This document shows positions 54,980-64,000 of a stretch of 64,000 bases of DNA, piece by piece; position 1 is the stretch's first letter, and each line of letters begins with the position of its first letter. The translations under genes were made by a program, and so were the position numbers. The notes under the pieces were generated by a model. That model searched no databases. It had not been told where the DNA came from and saw nothing but the letters and a program-made list of their open reading frames with translations. The stretch comes from Dictyostelium discoideum (taxonomy: Eukaryota): positions 2,688,001 to 2,752,000 of the forward strand of contig CM000150.2 in NCBI GenBank assembly GCA_000004695.1, in the 5' to 3' direction.

Positions 54980-55067
54980 AAAAAAAAGAACCAATTCTGG
55001 TTGCACCAATCTTTTTATTTTTTAAAAAAAAAAAAGAACAAATTCTGGATGCACCAATCTTTTTATT
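54980..55067. repeat. Tandem direct repeat, 2 x 44 bp with 2-3 mismatches, about 230 bp upstream of the intact terpene synthase gene
   Basis: aaaaaaaagaaccaattctggttgcaccaatctttttatttttt and aaaaaaaaaaaagaacaaattctggatgcaccaatctttttatt. Confidence 0.75.
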
Positions 55068-55299
55068 ATAATACTTAAAATATTTATAGTTTAAAAAAGG
55101 GGGTGTTATTTTCATTTAAAAATGATAAAAAAACAATATATTTTTTATTTATAAAAATAATTAATTGATTTTTGGTTTTATAATTTGAAATTATATTTAA
55201 AATAAAATTAAAAACCAACTTTATATCCAATTTTTGAAAACAATAAATACAAGAAAAAAAAAAAATTTTAATTAGTTTTAAAATAAATAATTAAAAAAA

Positions 55300-56337
55300 A
55301 TGAATATTTTATTAAAAGATTTTAAATACCCAGAGTCATGGAATAAAAGCCCAAATCAAAGCAATCAATATATTGATCAAGTTTTTGAAGATACAAATAA
55401 AATTGGAATTTATGAATTAAATAATCAAGATCATTATTTATACGTAGAAAATTTATTAAATGTTACTTCTTATTTGTATCCAACCTTTGATAAAGAGCAA
55501 TTAAGATTATGTGCTACCTATTTGCATTGGTTATTTTTAATTGATGATTTTTTAGAAGACGAATACAATACAATGTCTGAAAAACAAAATGACGTTATAA
55601 AAAGTCATGCACAAATATTATTAACTGGCCAATATTTGAATAGTGATGTTGATGTGAAACCATCAGAAAAATTAACAATGTTTTTACAAAATACTTCCAA
55701 AGATTGGGCAATTAAATATAATAAATTTGATGTTCATAATATTTATATGACAACTTTATTTCAATGGTTATATTCAGTTTATCCATTAAATAAAACCACA
55801 GAATCAACCAAACCAATTCATATGGATTTATATACATTTATTCGTAAAGTTAATATTGGTGTTGCAGGTTCAATCATTGTTGGTCTTTTAGCGGATAAGG
55901 ATATTACTGATATTGATATTTCAAAAATTTGGTTAAATCCAATATTCACACGTATAATGGAAAATTCAACTATCCAAATTGGCCTTGTAAATGATTGTGC
56001 ATCCTATGACAAAGAATATGCCAATGGTGGTCACATCACTAATCCATTATACTTTTTGCAAGTTAGAGATAATTTAACATTTAATGAAACACTTAATTTT
56101 ATTGTTAATAAATGTAATCAAAGTATAGATGAAATAATTAAAGATGAGCAATTATTATTAAAACAATTAAAAGATCAAGGATATACTGAAAATCAATTAA
56201 ATCAAGTAAATATAATTTTAAATTATAATCATAATTTAATTCAAGGTAATATTAATTGGTCATTAATTTCAAAAAGATATAATAATCATGATGGTAAACC
56301 TTTTATTTTTGAAAATACAAAATCAAAATACATTTAA
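55300..56337 (+). CDS. Terpene synthase, microbial type (345 aa, single exon)
   Basis: The Asp-rich motif is [10 protein letters not shown]. The NSE/DTE triad is [10 protein letters not shown]. The overall helical-TPS length fits the family known in dictyostelids. Confidence 0.8.
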
Positions 56338-56469
56338 ATAAAAAAAAGACATTTATCATTTATAGAATCGTTATTATATTGCATTTTTTTTTTATTTTTT
56401 TTTTTACATAGTGTTCGATTGAAATTTGAGAATGAGATTAATAAATATAAGGTTGTGTTTTACAATGTT

Positions 56470-56494
<25 letters not shown>

Positions 56495-56502
<8 letters not shown>

Positions 56503-59094
56503 TACCAGTGTCAACTGTACCACCAGCTTTCTTTAATTTAACAGCAGATGGATCAAAGGATGGCATAATTGGAACTCCACCAGATGGAGGTGGTCTATTG
56601 GCAGCTGGTTTCTTTAATTTAACAGCAGATGGATCAAAACCCATTGGCATCATTGAAACTCCACCAAATTTATTTGGTGATGATTTTGATGGGGAAGTGG
56701 TGGTAGTGGTAGTTGAGGTTAAAGATTCACTTTCTTCTTCATCATCGTCATGTTTTGAATAACTGATTACCTCTTTAATTGCTGGATGTTCAGATAATTT
56801 ACGAGTTGATTTCTTTCTAGTAATCTTAACTTTTGGTCTTTCCAATGTCATATGTTGTAATTTCTTATAACTAGCTTTGCCACCCTCTGATTGGTCATCA
56901 TCACCATCATGACCTCTCTTTCTCTTATCATGATGAGAATGATCAATTGATGGTGATACTGTTTTTGATTGTTGTTTTTCTTTTTCTTCTTTTTCTTTTA
57001 ATGCTTTTTGTTCATCCTCTAATCTTTTATTTTCTGCTTCGGCTGCTAATCTTTCCTCTTCTGCTTTCTTTGCTGCAACTGCTGCAACTTCTTCTGCAAT
57101 TCTTTTAGCTTCTTTTTCAGCTGCTAATCTCTCTTCCTCTGCTTTCTTTGCTGCTTCTGCTGCTAATCTTTCTTCTTCTTTCTTTGCTGCTTCTGCTGCT
57201 AATCTTTCTTCCTCTGCTTTCTTTGCTGCTTCTGCTGCTAATCTTTCCTCTTCTTCTTTCTTTGCTGCTTCTGCTGTTAATCTTTCTTCTTCTGCTTTCT
57301 TTGCTACTTCAGCTGCTAATCTTTCCTCTTCTTCTTTTTTTACTGCCTCAGCTGCCAATCTTTCTTCTTCTTTCTTTGCTGCTTCAGCTGCTAATCTTTC
57401 TTCTTCTGCTTTCTTGGCTGCTTCAGCTGCTAATCTTTCTTCTTCTGCTTTCTTTGCTGCTTCAGCTGCTAATCTCTCCTCTTCTGCTTTCTTGGCTGCT
57501 TCAGCTGCTAATCTATCTTCTTCTGCTTTTTTGGCTGCTTCAGCTGCTAATCTTTGTTCTTCAGCTTTCTTGGCTGCTTCGGCTGTTAATCTGTCTTCCT
57601 CTGCTTTTTTGGCAGCTTCTTCTGCTAATCTGGCTTCTTCGGCTCTTTTAGCTTCCTCTTCAGCAATTCTCTTTGCCTCTTGTTCATCAGCTAATCTCTT
57701 CTTCTCAATTTCAGCTAATCTCTCCTCTTCTTCTTTCTTGGCTGCCTCAGCTGCTAATCTATCTTCTTCTGCTTTCTTTGCTGCTTCAACTGCTAATCTC
57801 TCCTCTTCAGCTTTCTTTGCTGCTTCAGCTGCTAATCTGTCATCTTCTGCTTTTTTGGCAGCGGCTTCTTCTGCTAATTTCTTTGTTTGTTCTTCTTCAG
57901 CTAATCTTTTCTTTTCGAGTTCAGCTAATCTATCTTCCTCTACTTTCTTTGCAGCTTCTTGAGCAACTCTGTTTGCCTCTACTTCCTCTGTCAATTTTTT
58001 CTCTTCTGCTAATCTTGATTCTTCAGCTAATCTCTTCTCTTCTGCCAATCTAGCTTCCTCTGCTAATCTCTTTGCTTCTTCTTCTTCTGATCTCTTCTTT
58101 TCGAGTTCAACCAATCTCTTTTCTTCAGCCAATCTAGCTTCTTCTGTCAATCTTTTGTTTTCAGATTCTTCAGCAGCCAATCTATCATTTTCAAGTTTCT
58201 TTGCAACAGCGGCTTGTTCATCAGCTAATCTTTTCTTTTCTTGTAATTCTAATTTTCTTTGTTTTTCTTTTTCCAATTGTTCTTGTTCTTGTTTTTGTTT
58301 TTCTTCTTGATCCTTTTTGAATTTCTCTTGTCTTTCCTTATCCAATTGTTCATTTCTTTGTTTTAATTTTTCACGACGTTCTTTTTCTAAACGATCTTTC
58401 TCTTGTTTCTCTTGTTCTTCTTTATCACGAATTTCTTGTCTTTCCTTTTCCAATTGTTCATTTCTAAGTCTAAGTTTTTCTCTGTGTTCAGCATCTTCAC
58501 GTTCTTGTCTTTGTTTCTTTTCATTGTTAACACGATCTTGTTCTTCTTTTCTCTTTCTTTGTTCTTGTTCACGCTCTTCACGTTCTGCCTCTTCTTTTTG
58601 TTGATTTAATCTCTCTTTCTCTTCTTCAATCTTTTGTTTTAATTTTCTTTCTTTCTCTAATCTTTCTTTTTGTCTTTGTTCTTTACGTTCTTTTTCATCT
58701 TTTTCTCTACGTTGTTTTGCTTCTTCTCTTTCTTTTTCTAATTTTTCAATTCTTTCTTTTTCTGCTAATGTTGATGTTACAGTTGGAGTTGTTGTTGTTG
58801 TTGGAGTTGTTGTTGTTGTGGTGGTAGTGGTAGTGATTGGAGTATGAGTTGTATCAGTAGTATTTGAAGAAGATGGTTCAGATTTTGGGTTTTCCTGTTG
58901 TTGTCCTTGTTCTACCTTTTTATCAATTTCCAATTTATTATTTTCTACCAATGTGTTTGTTGCATCATTTAAATCTTCATATGATGGTTTTCTATTGCCT
59001 AATGTTGAATCAATATCATAAATTTCATCTAAAAATAGAATTTTAATTTTAATTTTTTCAAAAAAAAAAAAAAACTCCAAGTTATTATTAACAT

Positions 59095-59133
<39 letters not shown>

Positions 59134-59528
59134 TTAAATAATAAATTTTTAAAAAATTTTAAAAACTTACCACCAAATTTTAATTTATCATCAGTAATTC
59201 TTTGAATAGTTGTACCAGAAGGAGCGAAAAAGATTGTTAATAAAGGTAACTCTGCTAAATAGAATAAAACAATACCAGTCATATGGACTTCATTCATTGC
59301 AACATCTTCTCTAAAACTAAGTAATAATGGACTCTCTTTTAATTGATCAGGATTACTAATTAATTGTTTCTCTTTTTCAATTGCAAGTGGGTCTCCTTTT
59401 GAAACTTTACGTAATGGATAAAATGATGACTCTTTTTTAAGTGTTGGAGGGTTGGATGCTGTTGTAGTCGTTGTTTCTTGTGCTGGAGTTCCATACCACC
59501 ATGAATAAAAGTAATCTAAAAGTGCCAT
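56495..59528 (-). CDS. Coiled-coil repeat protein with an N-terminal hydrophobic anchor, a tandem 13-aa AEEERLAAEAAKK repeat array and a duplicated C-terminal WH2-like motif (about 963 aa). Exons complement(59171..59528) and complement(56495..59028).
   Basis: Exon 1 reads MALLDYFYSWWYG..GIVLFYLAELPLLTIFFAP.. A GTAAGT donor follows ..KLKFG. The acceptor is TTTTTAG, giving |DEIYDID.. A long E/R/K coiled coil follows, then more than 25 copies of the 13-aa repeat. The tail carries GFDPSAVKLKKPAAN and SFDPSAVKLKKAGG. Confidence 0.7.
57040..57900 (-). repeat. Coding minisatellite of about 22 imperfect copies of a 39-bp unit inside the coiled-coil gene
   Basis: The unit is gctgcttcagctgctaatctttcttcttctgctttcttt and variants. 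It encodes AEEERLAAEAAKK on the minus strand. Confidence 0.8.
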
Positions 59529-59823
59529 ATTTTTTTCAAAAAAAAAAAAAAACAAAATAAAATGAAATAAAAATATATAAATATGTAAATATATATATAT
59601 ATTTAAGAGATATTACTATAAATTATTTATTTATTTTATTATTTGTGGAATTTTAATATTATACAAGTTATCGATATTTAAAAATAATAATTATTATTCT
59701 TTGAATAATCAAAAAAAAAAAAAAAAAATTAATGTTGTGTGTATTAATATTTAAAATATAATTTAGGATGTGGGTGTTAATTATTTGAATTGTTTTATAA
59801 AAAAAATTAAATTGAATTTAATG

Positions 59824-59869
<46 letters not shown>

Positions 59870-60061
59870 TTTTTATTTATTTTTTTTTTTTATTTTATTT
59901 TGTCGGGGTTCCTTAGATTGGTTTAATCTAAATAAAATTTATTTTTAAATTATTTTTTTTTTAAAAAAATTAAAAATTAATTTTTTAAGTTATTTGATTA
60001 ATTATTTGTGTTTTTGAGTTTTATTATTATTATTTTGATTTTATTTTATTATTTTTTTAAG

Positions 60062-60096
<35 letters not shown>

Positions 60097-60241
60097 AAAG
60101 AAAAAAAAAAAAAAAAAAAAATTGAAAAAAAAAAAAATTATTTGAAAAGAAGGTTAGTATCATTATTTGAAATTGAAAATCCAAAGTGTGAAAAAAAGTA
60201 AAAACCCTCCAAAAAATTTTTTGATTTTTGATTTTTTTTTT

Positions 60242-60277
<36 letters not shown>

Positions 60278-60294
60278 ATAATTATTATATTTAC

Positions 60295-60899
60295 CTTAAA
60301 ATGAAGTCCAATTAAAGAAAATACTAAACATTTTAAATCTTGAATTAAATAAAACATAACTTTTAAACCTTCTGGGTCATCACTTTTTTCAACATCCATT
60401 AATGAACCAATTTTAGTTGTCTTTTTATTTTTATTTTTTATTTTTTTTAAAAAATTAAATAATGGTTAATAGAAATAAAAATAAGAATAGAAATAAAAAA
60501 GTTAAAAAAGTTAAAAAAATTTATAAAAGGAAATATCCCAAAATGACAAAAAAGGGATTTGTTATGAAATATGATGATGATAATTATCATTAAAAGTGGG
60601 GGGGGGGGGGGGGGGTATGATACATACAGAAAAAGAGATATGTTCATCTTTAAATACGATTTCAAGTTCTTGTTTACCTACAACATCAGGTTCTGGCCAA
60701 TTCTTATCATCTTCCAACATTATACCTGAATCTAAAATCACCTTTTTAATTTCTGAAATTACACCATCACTAACACAAACTTCTTTTCTAATTAAATTTT
60801 CACTTTTATAATGAGAATTATTCGCATATCTTAATTTATTTCCTGATCTAAATTCAAATTCTAAAAATTCATGACCATATTTACCTTTATGTCCAACAC

Positions 60900-60932
<33 letters not shown>

Positions 60933-61221
60933 CAAAAAATTAATATATAATTCAGTCTGATAACTGGTTACAATTACCACACCCTATTATTTCGAGTACA
61001 GTAACTATGAATATAACAAACTATTTTAATCCAACTTACTAATATCTAAGATAAAAATCATCTTTTTGTTTTTGAGTCTCTGTTTTTAAAATATCTTCTG
61101 TAGTTTGAGTTTCTGATGATGATGTAGCTGTTGCTGTTGTTTTATTATTATCATTTTCTGGGCTTGTTATATCCATGGCTGAATCAGTTGCCAATTCTAT
61201 TTTTGTATCAACATCTGACAT
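60295..61221 (-). CDS. Mago nashi homolog (exon junction complex). Exons complement(61040..61221), complement(60628..60898) and complement(60295..60420). The C-terminal end of the model is unresolved.
   Basis: The exon 1/2 junction is ..DFYLRY|[67 protein letters not shown]. Exon 3 reads [42 protein letters not shown], nearly identical in pattern to animal Mago. The donors are GTAAGT and GTATGT. The acceptors are ..AATAG and ..AAAAAG. After HFK the frame reads VNIII and then enters a 33-nt A tract without a stop, or splices at GTAAAT. Confidence 0.8.
60598..60615. repeat. G18 homopolymer (C18 on the transcribed strand) 12 nt inside the second mago nashi intron
   Basis: Direct reading. This is the only G/C homopolymer longer than 8 nt in the window. 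Confidence 0.95.
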
Positions 61222-62053
61222 TTTATTATTTTTATTATTATCACCTTTTTCTGATATATTATTATTTTTATTTATTATTTATTTTTCTTTTTTTTATTAC
61301 TTTCTTTTTCAATTCCAAATATTGGGTAAAAAAAAAAAAGTAGCAAAAATCTTCCTGGTTCTGGTTGATCTACAACAAATATCTTTGATGGAGAAAAAAG
61401 GAATGAAAAAAAAAAAAAAAAAAATGAAAAAAAATAAATAAAAAAAAAATAAATAAAAAAATATAATTTAAAAAATAATAAAATTAAAAAAAAAAAAAAA
61501 AAAAATTAAATTTTTAATAAAAATTCGAAAAAAAAAAAATAAAAAAAATAAAAAAAATAAAATCTACCCCACACACCACAACAAATAAAAATTAAGTTTA
61601 AACTAAAAAAACATTTTTATATTAACAACAATAAAAATAAAATTAATATTAATAGTAATAATAATAATAATACCAATAATAAACATAAACAAAACACTGG
61701 TAATAAAAAATTGTTGATAATAAAAAAAATAATAATAAAAGTAATAAAATAAAAAAAATATAAAAAAAAAAGTTAAAAAATCACAATTTCTTGTAATATG
61801 TTTAAAAAATTTCAAAAATATACTTTCATTTCATTTTTTATATATAATAATTTAATTATTTAATTTTTTTTAAAAAAAAAAAAAAATAAAAAAATAAAAA
61901 GAAAAAAAAAATAAAAAATAAAACAGCATAATATTACCATTTAAAAAATAATAATAATAATACATAAAATAAATAAACAAACAAATAAATAATAAACTTT
62001 TAATATTACATATATATGTATATGAACAATAGTGAAATTAAAAACGAAAACGA

Positions 62054-64000
62054 TATGGAAGATATTAATTTTTTAAAAAATTATGATAAAAACGATTTAA
62101 AACATGCAATAAAATCATTGACAGGTGTTGAGGTTAGTGATGATTTCATATCTATATTACAAAAACAAATTGCAAGTAATGGTGATACAGAGATTGATTT
62201 TGATGAGTTTAGGGAAGCATTTTCACAAATTACTAAATCATTATATCCAAATGGGATATTGGGTAATAGTGATAATCATAGTAATAATGGTGTCATTGAT
62301 GGTAATTGTAGTATGCTGCATCAAAATGGTAATAATGGATGTGAGTCTAAAACCCAATCGAACCCACCAACACCACAACCAACACCACAAAGATCTAGAA
62401 GTAATTCATGTTCATCATCAGTTTCACAATTATCAGATTTACCATCACCACCCAATTCGCCACGTAATTCAGATTCTGAGAATTCATTCTCACCATACTC
62501 ATTCTCACCATTATCTTCATCACCACCTAAATTCATTTATGCATTATCAACCTCACCTGGTGGTAGTGGTAGTGGTAGTAATAGTGGTAGTCCACCTAAA
62601 CCAACCTATTACTCAACTACGGCCAATATATTTAATAAACCACCTCCACCATTAACATCATCACCAAGACGACCAAGATCATCTTCAGTTAGACAATCAC
62701 AACCAATTGGAATTACAAAAGAGCCATTAAATGATGATCAACATATAATGTTAATGAATCATAATAGTGGAAGTAATCATCACCATCATCATCACCACCA
62801 TCATAATAATAATAATAATAATAACAATTTGGTTGGTAATAGTACATTTAATTCACCATCAGATAAATCAAAATATAAACCACAACCAACTCAAATAAAT
62901 AGTCATAGTCGTAATAATAGTCATCATAATTCACAAAATAGTTTACATACAAATCAATTATTTAAATCATTATTAAATATGGATGAAAATTATTCAGATA
63001 CAAAGAAATCTAGGTCAAAACATAGTCATCAAAGAAGGTCACCTATTGCATCAATTGAAAATTCTGATAATGAAGATAATGGTAATAATAATAATAATAA
63101 TCAATTTCATATGGATATCGATTGGTCAAAACAATTAGAGAATAAAAATAAAAAGAAATTTACATATAAAATTCAAGATGGATTAGATAATGAATCAAAT
63201 TCATCATCAGAATCTGAAGATATATATAATACTTTAAATTTTAATTTTAATAATAATAATAATAAAAAGCATAGTAGTAAAAAAAGTAATAAAAAAAGTA
63301 GTAGTAATAATAAAAACAATAATAATAAATTTAAAGATGAAATTGAATGGGCAACAGAAGAATTTTATTATGATCCAACATTAGACAATTCAGAGGATTT
63401 ACATCAAGTTATATCAATTTTAAAGGAGAAGTATTCATTATATTCAAATAAATCTAGTGAACTAGAGAAAAAGGTACAAACTGCATTGAAAACTAATAAT
63501 CAATTAGAGGATGATTTAGATGTAATAAAAAAGGATTGTATAACATTATCATTATCTAATCAAGCATTGAAAAAGAATAATCAAATTTTAGAATCATCAT
63601 TAGAGTATCATAATACAACCAATGCTCAAATTAAACAGAGTTGTTTCAATTTGGAGAAGGAGAATCAAATTCTAAAGAAAAGATTACAACTATTTGAAGA
63701 TCAAATGGAAAAGAATCAATTACTATTGGAGAACCAAAGATTGGAGCAGGAATTACGTGATTCCAAATTCAATTCAGAGATTGAATTATTGTCAACACAA
63801 TATTCTAAAACTATTCAATCGATTAAATCAGAGTATCAGAAAGAGTTTGAATTGGAATATAAGAAAAATAAAGATTTATTAACAAAGAATGAATTGAAAT
63901 CAATGGAGATTCAATTGGAGAATCAACAATTACGTCAACTACTATTGGAATCCAATAAGAATTTAGAACATCTTGAAAAACTTTATGATGAAAAGATTAA
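62054..64000 (+). CDS. EF-hand plus Ser/Pro-rich plus C-terminal coiled-coil protein. It is 3' partial and runs off the window. An apparent +1 frame break lies in an A5 run at 62098-62102.
   Basis: The ATG at 62054 gives MEDINFLKNYDKNDLK. This stops 10 codons later. The adjacent frame continues as HAIKSLTGVEVSDDFISILQKQIASNGDTEIDFDEFREAFSQ.. (an EF-hand loop DTEIDFDEF). That frame remains open for more than 630 codons to position 64000 and ends in heptad-rich coiled coil (..LEKKVQTALKTNNQLEDDLDVIKKD..). Confidence 0.55.

Overview
This window is AT-rich eukaryotic nuclear DNA (roughly 75-80% A+T). It has the hallmarks of a dictyostelid genome, most likely Dictyostelium discoideum, and is not prokaryotic. 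The hallmarks are: long A/T homopolymers between genes; (AAT)n and (CAA)n tracts encoding poly-Asn and poly-Gln inside ORFs; short AT-rich GT..AG introns of about 90-240 bp; tRNA genes with a downstream extra B-box; and a tRNA-associated TRE5-type non-LTR retrotransposon with modular UTRs. There are no CRISPR arrays, operons or prokaryotic defence islands, so system hunting in the bacterial sense does not apply here.

I built about 25 gene models by hand from the ORF track plus splice-site reading. They are:
- a B-box/coiled-coil protein with a beta-propeller-like tail (partial)
- a BCP/PrxQ peroxiredoxin
- a compound TRE5-A-like retroelement about 6.3 kb long (ORF1, endonuclease-RT ORF2, repeated B modules, and an internally deleted tandem copy)
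- convergent tRNA-Lys(CUU) and tRNA-Glu(UUC) genes
- a mitochondrial carrier
- a hybrid histidine kinase of about 1700 aa
- a Cys-rich zinc-finger protein with a degenerate partial duplicate
- a CRAL-TRIO_2 protein
- a SWIM zinc-finger protein
- a dual-specificity phosphatase
- RAD52
- signal peptidase complex subunit 2
- P5C reductase
- PAF1
- an EBP-like sterol isomerase
- a Rab32-like GTPase
- an OsmC-like protein
- a small secreted Cys-rich protein
- two hypothetical coiled-coil proteins
- a triple-CH-domain RhoGEF (Trix-like, 1198 aa)
- a dsRBD protein with mucin-like tracts
- a tandem terpene-synthase pair (one pseudogene, one intact)
- a coiled-coil protein of about 960 aa with a 39-bp coding minisatellite and a duplicated WH2-like tail
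- mago nashi
- an EF-hand/coiled-coil protein (3' partial)

The most unusual observations are:
- several strong inverted-repeat hairpins in non-coding DNA (29073-29199, 35390-35547, 43574-43663, and an intronic one at 50207-50286)
- a G18 homopolymer in a mago nashi intron
- a 67-bp direct repeat whose second copy ends exactly 48 bp upstream of tRNA-Lys
- a dispersed repeat of about 0.6 kb present twice
- three apparent one-base frameshifts, all at short homopolymers
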